Made by a program: the position numbers and the translations under genes. Under the pieces are notes generated by a model. The model searched no databases. It was not told the DNA's origin and was given only the letters and a program-made list of their open reading frames with translations. A stretch of 46,282 bases of DNA from Bacteroidia bacterium (GTDB taxonomy: Bacteria > Bacteroidota > Bacteroidia > Bacteroidales > SM23-62), in assembly GCA_041480755.1 (NCBI GenBank), contig JBGPAO010000002.1, positions 1 to 46,282 on the forward strand, read 5' to 3'. This document shows, piece by piece, positions 28,085 through 36,963 of the stretch; positions within the stretch are counted from its first letter, which is position 1, and each line of letters starts with the position of its first letter.

Positions 28085-29071
28085 ATGAAGAAGAACATCG
28101 CAATTATAACAGGAGGCGATTCCTCTGAGATCGTGATTTCCCTCAAAAGTGCTGAGCAGGTCCGTTCATGCCTGGATCCGGGGAGATATAATACATTCAT
28201 CGTTTTTATAAAAAACAACGACTGGCATGTAAATCTTGATGGCGGTGAACAAACCCCGATTGATCGTCATGATTTTTCTTTTAAAACCAGAGGGCATAAA
28301 ACAAAATTTGATTATGCGTTTTTTGCCATGCATGGTCCTCCCGGTGAAAATGGAATACTGCAGGCCTATTTTGATCTCCTGAATATTCCATATAGTACAT
28401 CAGGTGTGCTTCCTCTGGCGCTTACATTTAACAAATATGTGTGTAAGATATTAATTAGCAGTGCGGGGATAAATGTACCTGTGGCAGTTCTTATTAGAAA
28501 GAATGAACAGTTTAAAGCAGAGGAAATTCTTGCTAAAACAGGAGTGCCCTGTTTTGTAAAGCCAAACCGCGGTGGTTCCAGTTTCGGGATTTCCAGGGTA
28601 AATGACCCGGCTGATCTGGAAAGGGCGATTGTTATAGCATTAAAAGAAGATACAGAGGTCCTGGTTGAGGAATATATAAAAGGTTCAGAGCTGACATGCG
28701 GTCTGGTTAAACTTAAAGCTAAAGAACTAATTTTCCCGGTTACTGAAATTGTCAGCAAAAAGGAATTCTTTGATTATGAAGCCAAATATACCTCCGGAAT
28801 GGCCGATGAAATAACTCCCGCACGTGTATCCAAAAAAATATCCTCAAATTGCCAGGCCATCTCCTCCCGGATCTATTCCCTTCTAAACTGCTCAGGAATT
28901 GTCAGGATTGATTTCATCTGCAGTGATAATAAGCCATATTTCCTTGAGCTGAATGGAATACCAGGGATGACAAAAGAAAGTATCGTCCCCCGGCAGATCC
29001 GTGCCTCCGGTCTTACGGAATCTGCGGTGTATGAGATGATTATCAAAGATACTTCCGGCTGGACCGGGTAG
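28085..29071 (+). CDS. ddl: D-alanine--D-alanine ligase
   Basis: It has MKKNIAIITGGDSSE, the FAMHGPPGENG motif and an ATP-grasp domain (CFVKPNRGGSSFGISRV, LELNGIPGMT). I prefer the ATG at 28085 to the TTG at 28070. Confidence 0.9.
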   Translation: MKKNIAIITGGDSSEIVISLKSAEQVRSCLDPGRYNTFIVFIKNNDWHVNLDGGEQTPIDRHDFSFKTRGHKTKFDYAFFAMHGPPGENGILQAYFDLLNIPYSTSGVLPLALTFNKYVCKILISSAGINVPVAVLIRKNEQFKAEEILAKTGVPCFVKPNRGGSSFGISRVNDPADLERAIVIALKEDTEVLVEEYIKGSELTCGLVKLKAKELIFPVTEIVSKKEFFDYEAKYTSGMADEITPARVSKKISSNCQAISSRIYSLLNCSGIVRIDFICSDNKPYFLELNGIPGMTKESIVPRQIRASGLTESAVYEMIIKDTSGWTG

Positions 29072-29106
29072 TTCTCGGTTCAGTAGCCCCTGACTGGCAG
29101 GCAGGG

Positions 29107-29176
29107 GTTCCGTGTTCCGGGTTCCAGGTTCTAAGTTCCGGGGTCCGGGTTCCAGGTTTAGAGTTTAGAGTTTATT
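29107..29176. repeat. Heptamer array IV (GTTCCGT GTTCCGG GTTCCAG GTTCTAA GTTCCGG GGTCCGG GTTCCAG GTTTAGA GTTTAGA GTTTATT)
   Basis: Ten in-phase 7-nt units fill the spacer between the convergent ddl and M28 peptidase stop codons. They are preceded by two looser units (GTTCTCG GTTCAGT) and a small hairpin (CCCCTG-9 nt-CAGGGG, 29087..29107). Confidence 0.85.
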
Positions 29177-29179
29177 TCC

Positions 29180-30553
29180 CTAGAGATCGTATTTATCAAT
29201 GAGATAAACCAGCGATGCAATTCCTGCACTCCCTAACTGAAGTTCACGAATATTAACCTGTTCAAAGGTGTCGTTGGGCGAATGATGGTAGTCAAAGTAA
29301 CGTTGCATATCAGTTTTGGGACTGATCATAAGTGTTCCGAATTGCTGAAGGGGACCGATGTCCGCACCACCTCCGCCCCTGCCAAACTGGTTAATCCCGT
29401 ACGGTTCAAAATATTTTTGCAGTGCAACAAACCTTTCAAGTCTTTCGTCTTTTGCAGAAAAACTGAATCCATAAGGTGTCAGTCCTCCCTCATCTGATTC
29501 AACTGCAGCATAATAATGACTCTCTTTATTCAGGGCTGCCAGTTCGGCATATTTCAAGCCACCTCGCAAGTCTATTTCCTCATCCATAAACATGACAGCA
29601 CGTATGGTCTTTTTCGGTTGTATGCCCAGAAACTTAAATAATCTTAAAACTTCGATGGACTGGACACAACCGATACCATCATCATGAGCACCCTCACCCG
29701 TGTCCCAGGCATCAATATGGCCTCCAACAGTAATTATTTGCTCGGGATGGACAGATCCTCTAAGTTCGCCAACTACGTTTAATGATGGAACCTCCTCCAT
29801 GTTCCGGCAGTTGCTCACTAAATGGAGTTCCAGTGCGGGATCTTCTTTCAAAAGATTATTTAGCAGGTCGGCATCCATGGTTGAAACACAAACAGCAGGA
29901 ATTTCTGGTACTCCTTTCTCATAATAAAGGACACCTGTATGTGGAAAATCATCGATAGAAGTAGTTAATGATCTTATAATCACTCCTATAGCACCGTATT
30001 TTGCAGCTTCGGAAGCTCCGCCCGTTCTTTGATATACTGCCTGTCCGTAAGCTGCAAAAGTGTTATATAAGGTAGGATCCATAGGCCTGTTGAAAAAAAC
30101 AATCTTACCGCTGACATTTTCTTTGCCCAGCTTTTCGAGATCTCCAAAAGTTTTTACTTCTATAATCCTGGCGGTTATACCTTCATCACTTGTTCCTACC
30201 GATGTGCCAAGTCCTGAAATGGTGAGTTCATGATTTCCTGAGACATGTGAGCTAACTGCTGCAAATTCCCGGTCACCTCTTACCCATCTTTTTACCATAA
30301 GTTCCTGTAGAAATACTGTGTCTAATCCCATATCAAGCATAACCTGCCGGGTATATTCAATAGCGGCCTCAGCCTGAGGTGTACCAGAAATTCTTCCTTT
30401 TGTATTTTTACACAGGTACCTTAAATTCTCGTAAGCAATCCTGCTGGATAAAGCTTGATCAAATATTCTTTTAATCAGAAGCGAATCCTGGTCCTGGGAG
30501 GATAAAATTAACGATGCAGAAAGAAGCATTAAAAGAATTCCAGACTTTTTCAT
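29180..30553 (-). CDS. M28 family zinc aminopeptidase with a PA domain
   Basis: It has a signal peptide and the metal-ligand motifs GGHIDAWDTGEGAHDDGIGC, MDEE and YHHSPNDT. Confidence 0.85.
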   Translation of the reverse strand: MKKSGILLMLLSASLILSSQDQDSLLIKRIFDQALSSRIAYENLRYLCKNTKGRISGTPQAEAAIEYTRQVMLDMGLDTVFLQELMVKRWVRGDREFAAVSSHVSGNHELTISGLGTSVGTSDEGITARIIEVKTFGDLEKLGKENVSGKIVFFNRPMDPTLYNTFAAYGQAVYQRTGGASEAAKYGAIGVIIRSLTTSIDDFPHTGVLYYEKGVPEIPAVCVSTMDADLLNNLLKEDPALELHLVSNCRNMEEVPSLNVVGELRGSVHPEQIITVGGHIDAWDTGEGAHDDGIGCVQSIEVLRLFKFLGIQPKKTIRAVMFMDEEIDLRGGLKYAELAALNKESHYYAAVESDEGGLTPYGFSFSAKDERLERFVALQKYFEPYGINQFGRGGGGADIGPLQQFGTLMISPKTDMQRYFDYHHSPNDTFEQVNIRELQLGSAGIASLVYLIDKYDL

Positions 30554-30673
30554 TTAAACCTGTTTTCGATTATGGACCTAATATAGAAATAATCAATCTT
30601 CAAAAAAAGGGTAACTTTGTAATATTGAACAATTATTCTCTCCAGGATGGTTTATTTTTTTTGCAAATTTTTC

Positions 30674-31402
30674 ATGAAAATAACCTTAAGGAATATTTTC
30701 ATTTTTCTGGATTTGTTTATTCTTCAATATAATTATTCCCAGTCAACCGGTATAACTGATTCAAATGTCCTGAAATGGAAATCATATTTTAATCAATTCT
30801 ATGGAGCGGATTACAATCTGATAAATGGAATCAGATATGTTAATTTGTATCCCTCGGCAGAAGGTCATCCTTTTCTTGGCGAAAACAGCTTTTATAAGGG
30901 AAATTTGATCATAAATGACCTGATCTACAGGGATGTGGAAATAAAATATGATATATGTAACCAGGAGATTATTCTGCAATACCCCTATTTCACAGGAAAT
31001 CCGGATAAGATTATTCTTATCAAAGAGTTTATTGATGAATTTGAAATGGATGGCAGGTTATTCAGGAAATACACTTTTCCTGAAACTGAGCCGCGTTTTT
31101 ATCAGGTTGTTTCCCGTGGCAATATTTATTGCCTGTACTATTGGAAGAAGGATCTTCAAAAAGGTTCATCGGTTCAAAGCTTTTATAAGTATTCGCCCGA
31201 AAGGAAAGTATCATATCTTGTCATTGATAACAAACTCTGCTCTTTCAGTGGCAGAAAATCTTTTATAAAATTATTTCCTTCGCAATACCATAAGAAAATA
31301 ATACAATACCTGAAATCAAATAAAATGTGGATCAGAAATGACACTGAAATAAAAATCCGGCAGCTTATGGATTTTTGCAACGAAATAATTGCGGGGAATT
31401 GA
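30674..31402 (+). CDS. Hypothetical secreted protein
   Basis: The ORF has a plausible signal peptide from the internal start MKITLRNIFIFLDLFILQYNYSQS. I recognise no family. It sits at the head of the TonB-receptor block. Confidence 0.5.
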   Translation: MKITLRNIFIFLDLFILQYNYSQSTGITDSNVLKWKSYFNQFYGADYNLINGIRYVNLYPSAEGHPFLGENSFYKGNLIINDLIYRDVEIKYDICNQEIILQYPYFTGNPDKIILIKEFIDEFEMDGRLFRKYTFPETEPRFYQVVSRGNIYCLYYWKKDLQKGSSVQSFYKYSPERKVSYLVIDNKLCSFSGRKSFIKLFPSQYHKKIIQYLKSNKMWIRNDTEIKIRQLMDFCNEIIAGN

Positions 31403-34136
31403 TAAACAGTCATTTAATAGCAATGTTGTTCAGCTTGTCCTGCCTTTCGTGGAGCGCCGGTGATCCTGATATTTTTTTCTCCGGAGATTTTCAAAATACT
31501 ACGTTTGATCAGTTTGTCAGTGATATCGAAACGAAATCAGGTGGTCATTTTTATTATGTTGAGGAATGGATTTCCGGTATAACGATTACTGTATCAGGAG
31601 ATAACATTTCACTTGCCAATGTTCTGGTTAAATACCTTCCTGACAAAGGGCTGTACTTCTATATAGATGATCAAAAAAACGTTTTCATAACCCGGAATCT
31701 CGAACTCATTTCTGAACTTCCTTATTACCAATCCTTTAATCAACTTCTCGTACCTGATGGGGAATCAGACGAGAAAGAATTGACACAAATTGAAAAGAAA
31801 TATATTGAAGGCAGGGCTCCCAGGGCAGCTGAAACCATTGTAATTGGAAAAGAAGACGGGGATAATATTCATGGAAAGGCTGCCATTAGTGGTAAATTAT
31901 GGGATATAGAATCCGGTGAGCCTTTGATAAGAGCTAATATCTATGTTGAAGAATTAAAAACAGGTGCGGCTACAGATATTAACGGACAATTCAACCTGGT
32001 TCTGGTTCCCGGGCAATACAGTGTAATAATAAGCTGTCTGGGAATGAAAGAAATCAGGTATTTCTTGCAGGTTCATTCAAATGGACAACTGAACATCCCG
32101 ATGGAGAAAAAAATAATTCCGATCCATGAAGTTGTCGTTAAAGCTGACCTTTACCAGAATGTGCGTGGTATGCAAATGGGATATGAACGGCTGGATATAA
32201 AAACCATTAGAGAAATTCCAATGGTTATGGGTGAGAAAGATGTTCTGAAAGTCGTTCAATTACTCCCTGGCATCCAGAGTGTGGGAGAGGGATCATCTGG
32301 AATAAATGTACGGGGAAGTCCTGCAGACCAGAACATTTTTTATATAAACAAAATCCCGGTTTACAATCCGTCTCACCTTTTTGGATTTTTTTCTGCTTTT
32401 AGTCCTGATATTATTAAAGATTTCAGTTTCTACAAGAGTAATGTGCCGGCAAAATATGGCGGCAGGCTTGCATCATTTTTTGATATCTTAACTAAACAGG
32501 GAAATAATAAGAAGTTCTCAGCCAGGGGAGGCATTAGTCCTGTTACCGGTCATATTGCAATAGAGGGACCTTTGAAAAAAGAACACAGTTCGTTTATTAT
32601 TAGTGCCCGTTCCACTTATTCTGATTGGCTTTTGTCAAGACTGGAAGATCCGGATATCAGAACAGTGATGCATCATTTCATGACTTTACAGCTAAAATCA
32701 ACTCAGAGATTAATGACAAAAATCTTTTAAAAGGTTTTTTGTATTATTCCTATGATCGTTTTTCCCTCGCTGCCATAAATAAGTATCAATATTCAAATCT
32801 TGGCGGATCAATGGAATGGCGGCATCTTTTTTCCTCGTCCCTTTTAGCAGATCTAACCGCAGTTTATGGTAAATATTCTTTTAATGCAGTCGATAATGTT
32901 TTCCCTCCAACAGCTTACAGTCAGAAATACGCGATAAATCATTATGAATTCAAAACCGACTTTATATGGTACCCTGGAGAGAAACAAACTGTGACATTTG
33001 GAGGGAATTCAATCATATATGGCCTTATGAGAGGGAATATTCTGCCTTCAGGAGATGAATCTTTAAGAGTCCCGGTCGTACTGGGAAATGAAACAGGCGT
33101 TGAAAGTGCCATTTATTTCAGTGATGAGATCAAACTATTACCCAGACTTACCATTTATGGCGGATTACGTTACAGTTTCTATGCATTGCTGGGACCCCGA
33201 ACTGTTTATAAATATTATGCAGACGGTCCCAAAAATGAACTTAACATCAATGACAGTCTGATATTCAAGCAGGGAGAAATAATTAAGACATATTCCGGGC
33301 CGGAACTAAGAGGGGCAATCAATTACAGTACCGGAACAAATAGTTCTCTGAAAATATCTTATAACCGGATCCGGCAATATCTTTTTATGCTCAGCAATAC
33401 TATTGCAATATCACCGACTGATCAATGGAAACTGTGTGACTATTATATTAAGCCGCCCTTCTCTGACCAGGTGTCAGCCGGTTTCTATAAGGATTTTCCT
33501 CTTACTGATTTGAATACCTCTGTCGAATTATACTATAAAAAGATTCATAATGCTGTTGATTTCAAAGATGGGGCAGGTTTCCTTACCACACAAAATATTG
33601 AAACGGAATTATTACAGGGAAATCAGTCCGCATACGGTATTGAGATGATGGTAAAGAAAAATGCAGGGAAACTGAGTGGTTGGGTTTCTTATGCTTATTC
33701 GCATTCAGAAGTCCTGATAAATGGATACTACCCATGGGGAAAAATCAATTCCGGTTATCCATACCTTGCAAATTATGATAAACCTCACTCCTTTAACCTG
33801 ATTATGAATTATCACACAAATCGCCGTTTAAGTTTCTCATCCAATGTAGTTTATTCAACAGGCCGGCCTGTTACTTATCCCTTATCTATTTATTATATCA
33901 ATGATCAGCCTTTTATAAATTATTCTTTAAGAAATGAATACAGAATTCCCGATTACTTCCGTAAAGATTTTTCAATAAATTTTGAAGGTACTCTCAAAGC
34001 CAGAAAGATTGCTCATAGTTACTGGATGATTAATATTTACAATCTGACAGGCAGAAAGAATGCCTATTCGGTTTTCTTTAAATCGAGAATGGTAAAATTA
34101 ACGGTTATAAGATGTCAGTTTTCGGTACGCAGATAG
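31375..34136 (+). pseudogene. TonB-dependent receptor (STN-like N-extension, CarboxypepD_reg domain, plug, barrel) interrupted by a 1-nt frameshift
   Basis: ORFs 31375..32730 and 32625..34136 are consecutive parts of one receptor. The first carries ISGKLWDIESGEPLIRANIYV...TDINGQF and the plug EKDVLKVVQLLPGIQ...INVRGS. The second carries the barrel, starting at ASFHDFTAKIN...YYSYDRFSL. The reading frames switch near 32655-32665. Confidence 0.75.
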
Positions 34137-34169
34137 TCACCATCTCCTGGAATTTTAAGCTAGGCAACT

Positions 34170-34622
34170 ATGCAAGTGAATAAAACCATATTGCTTTTAT
34201 TATTAATAATCACTTTGACGCAAGGTTGTATTGATCCATACTATCCTGAGATCAATGATAAGCAGAATTCAATTATAATTGACGGGACTTTGACTGACAA
34301 GGAGGGCTATCATTATATACATGTCTCTCGATCAGTCTCATACGAATCTCCAGAGAACACCCCAATACAGAACTGCACTGTTGAGGTAATTGATGATTCA
34401 GGAAATACAATTCATTTTTATGAAAGCGAGCCCGGGCTTTATGAACAATGGATAGATCAGGATTTTTTAGAAACCGGCAGGAAATATAAATTAAGAGTGA
34501 TTTCCGCAGGCTCGGTATATGAATCACTATATGAAACAATGCTTCCCTGCCCTCCTGTTCATAATGTATATTATGAAATTGAAAAAAAGAAACCGCTGAT
34601 CCGGAAGTTTCAGAGGACTTAA
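34170..34622 (+). pseudogene. DUF4249-type lipoprotein, N-terminal half only
   Basis: It has a lipobox (LTQGC) and the pattern IIIDGTLTD...V.VIDDSGN...GLY...GRKYKLRV, typical of DUF4249 partners of TonB receptors. The ORF ends after about 150 aa, just past an A7 run, so the usual C-terminal half is missing. Confidence 0.55.
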
Positions 34623-34651
34623 AAAACCATCTAAATACATATGAAAAAAGT

Positions 34652-35884
34652 GTGATTAATGACGTGATAAAATGTTACACTTCACAGGAAACATATAAAA
34701 AAAGAAAAAAAGTTATCCTTAATATTGAAATGCCTGATGAAACATTGATATCTCCTGATGGATATTGTGTGTCTGTAATAAAACCCGGCGCGGCAAACTC
34801 AAATATCTATGGACTGGATTTAAGCAGTTATAAAGAACATGAGATTCCTGCAGAAATTAAATTTTATCCAGAGATTAAAGGTATCTCTCTTTCCGGCAGC
34901 ATAATTAAAAAGAATCTGAATATTCCCTCTGCATACTCTGAAGTCCATTTATCAGCGCTGGGAGAAAATCCATATTATATCGGATACCTGACCGAACAGC
35001 AGGGCAGGTTTCTTTTTTCATTACCCGACTGGCATGAGCCGAGAAATTTTTTTATCGGGACCAAAACGAAAGATGAAGATCCTGTTGAAATACTTATTGA
35101 TAATGATTTTTCAACCGATATTATTGATTTGCCACTGACACCATTTATTTTGTCTGCAGAAAAAATAAATATTGCAAGGGAAATCATGTTTAATATGCAA
35201 CTTGACAAAGCATACATGGAAGCCCGGGATCTTCCTGCTGACAGTACCATTGTCAGTCCAAAAAACAATTTTTTCTATGGAGATCCCATTTTTACTTATA
35301 ATCCGAATGATTATGTAAAATTACCGACACTCGAAGAATTCTTCCTTGAACTGATACCCTCTGTTTCAATAATTAAAAGAAGAGAACGCTCAAATTTTAT
35401 CATGAAAGGAGATCAACCTGACCTTGCATTTTATGAACCGCTTATTCTTCTGGATTTTGTTCCGGTTTTTAATGCAAATAATTTATTAAAGATCTCACCT
35501 GAATATATGCGCCAGATCGAAGTAATTAACGCTACCTATGTCAGGGCCAATATGTGCTTTGGAGGGATAATCAGTATTTTATCTAAAAAAGGTGATATGG
35601 CAGGAATAGACCTGCCAGAGAATTCATACTTCTTCGATTTTAGAACATATGAACCTCAGAAAGATATAACCTTTCCTGATTATTCCGGTTCAACAGCAAA
35701 TGAAAGAATTCCTGATTTCAGAAATACCATGTACTGGAATCCTGCTCTGAAGGGAAGTCCGGATAAAACTATTTCATGTGAGTTTTTCACTTCAGATAAT
35801 ACAGGAGAGTATATTATACTTATCAGGGGCATTTCTGAACAGGGATCTATCCTCGAAGGTCACTGTACATTTACTGTGGAATAA
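34652..35884 (+). CDS. C-terminal remnant of a large CarboxypepD_reg/plug-like surface protein (no signal peptide; probably 5'-truncated)
   Basis: The GGIISILSKKGD plug-like motif and the C-terminal IPDFRNTMYWNPALKGSPDKTISCEFFTSDNTGEYIILIRGISEQG tail recall large Bacteroidota Plug-domain proteins. The frame is open upstream to 34583. The only start codon is the GTG at 34652. Confidence 0.45.
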   Translation: MINDVIKCYTSQETYKKRKKVILNIEMPDETLISPDGYCVSVIKPGAANSNIYGLDLSSYKEHEIPAEIKFYPEIKGISLSGSIIKKNLNIPSAYSEVHLSALGENPYYIGYLTEQQGRFLFSLPDWHEPRNFFIGTKTKDEDPVEILIDNDFSTDIIDLPLTPFILSAEKINIAREIMFNMQLDKAYMEARDLPADSTIVSPKNNFFYGDPIFTYNPNDYVKLPTLEEFFLELIPSVSIIKRRERSNFIMKGDQPDLAFYEPLILLDFVPVFNANNLLKISPEYMRQIEVINATYVRANMCFGGIISILSKKGDMAGIDLPENSYFFDFRTYEPQKDITFPDYSGSTANERIPDFRNTMYWNPALKGSPDKTISCEFFTSDNTGEYIILIRGISEQGSILEGHCTFTVE

Positions 35885-35925
35885 AAACCATGATAATACC
35901 CTTCGCACGATAATCTCTGTCCCAA

Positions 35926-36282
35926 TCACTCCTCAGGTGTTTTCCTGTTTTTTGGTGAAAGAAACAGGAAATCATCGCACAGGATTTCGATTGATTTTCT
36001 TTTATTACCGTCTTTATCCTCCCAGTTTGAGGTCTGGATCTTGCCTTCAACATAGAGTGCATCGCCTTTTTTCACATAATCCTCTATAACTCCTGCCCTT
36101 TTATTCCAGGCAACCACTGTATGCCATTCTGTTTTCTGAACCTCAACTCCATTCTTGTCTACAAAGATCTCGTTAGTAGCAAGCGGAAACCTTACAACTT
36201 TTGTTGAGTCATTGATGTTATTGACTTTGGGTTCGTCACCCACATGACCGACAAGGGTCACTTTGTTAATGCCTTTTTTCAT
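35926..36282 (-). CDS. ssb: Single-stranded DNA-binding protein (short form)
   Basis: The OB fold is present: INKVTLVGHVGDEPKV...TEWHTVVAWNKRAGVIEDYVKKGDALYVEGKIQTSNWEDKDGNKR. It is 118 aa long and ends in KNRKTPEE. Confidence 0.85.
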   Translation of the reverse strand: MKKGINKVTLVGHVGDEPKVNNINDSTKVVRFPLATNEIFVDKNGVEVQKTEWHTVVAWNKRAGVIEDYVKKGDALYVEGKIQTSNWEDKDGNKRKSIEILCDDFLFLSPKNRKTPEE

Positions 36283-36381
36283 TTTTGTAGTTTTTTGGTT
36301 ATAGAAATAAACTATCGCTAAACATTAATGTCAGAAACATCGAATTATCGTAAGTCGAAGGGATTTTTTTTTTCATGGAGT

Positions 36382-36451
36382 TAAGAGCTGAGGGCGGAGA
36401 GCAGAGAGCTAAGAGCCAAAAGCAAAGAGCAGAGGGCTTAGTGCATAGAGC
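36382..36451. repeat. Heptamer array V (10 units, consensus NNAGAGC)
   Basis: The units are TAAGAGC TGAGGGC GGAGAGC AGAGAGC TAAGAGC CAAAAGC AAAGAGC AGAGGGC TTAGTGC ATAGAGC. They lie about 90 nt upstream of the four-helix-bundle gene. Confidence 0.85.
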
Positions 36452-36539
36452 CAATAATTGTAATATGTTTTATAACATGTGTAAAGAAAGCGATTTGAGT
36501 TAATACTCTGGATTAAAAGTCATATTAAATAATATAAAA

Positions 36540-36902
36540 ATGTCAACCTTTAGATTTGAAAATCTGGAAATCTGGAAATTCGCTATTGAAGTGACGATTA
36601 AACTTCTGGATATTGCTGATTTCATGGAACAGAAGAGACTGTTTGGATTTTCCAATCAGCTAAGAGACGCAGCTCTCAGCATTACTAACAATATAGCTGA
36701 AGGTTCAGGATCCTTTTCGGATAAAGAATTTGGAGTATTTCTAAACTATTCAAGAAGATCTGTCTTTGAATGTGCAAATATCATATTTGTACTATGGTTT
36801 AAACATTATATCAGCGAAGAAATAAAATCACAAAGGCTAAGGGAACTTGACCTTCTCAGCAAACGCATCACAGCCTTCCGTAAAAGTCTAAAGCTCCAAT
36901 AG
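36540..36902 (+). CDS. Four-helix-bundle protein (23S rRNA intervening-sequence protein / Avd-like family, TIGR02436/PF05635 type)
   Basis: It is 120 aa and has the family hallmarks FENLEIWKFAIEV, QLRDAALSITNNIAEGSG and RRSVFECANI. Confidence 0.8.
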   Translation: MSTFRFENLEIWKFAIEVTIKLLDIADFMEQKRLFGFSNQLRDAALSITNNIAEGSGSFSDKEFGVFLNYSRRSVFECANIIFVLWFKHYISEEIKSQRLRELDLLSKRITAFRKSLKLQ

Positions 36903-36907
36903 TCTTC

Positions 36908-36963
36908 GCTCTTAGCTCTTCGCTCTTCGCTCTTAGCTCTTCGCCCCATGCTTCAGGCTTCAA
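36908..36963. repeat. Heptamer array VI (8 units, GCTCTTN then GCCCCAT GCTTCAG GCTTCAA), inverted relative to array V
   Basis: The units are GCTCTTA GCTCTTC GCTCTTC GCTCTTA GCTCTTC GCCCCAT GCTTCAG GCTTCAA. The array starts 5 nt after the four-helix gene stop codon. Its last units overlap the gcvP stop codon and final codons on the opposite strand. Confidence 0.85.

Noticed and set aside
30600-35900. An impression that the TonB/DUF4249 block is more AT-rich than its surroundings, which would suggest a horizontally acquired island.
   Set aside because: This was judged by eye only and I did not compute GC content. No integrase, tRNA or direct-repeat boundaries are visible, so I do not claim an island.
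36375-36503. A 42-codon ORF (MELRAEGGEQRAKSQKQRAEG...) running through heptamer array V.
   Set aside because: The open frame is a by-product of the stop-free purine-rich repeat. The heptad-like peptide is an artefact of the 21-nt super-period, and there is no supporting signal.
36382-36963. Whether the heptamer arrays are a CRISPR array, or the four-helix gene is part of a diversity-generating retroelement.
   Set aside because: The units are only 7 nt and directly abutting, with no spacers, and no cas genes are present. No reverse transcriptase or template/variable repeat pair exists in the window, and the downstream gene is gcvP.
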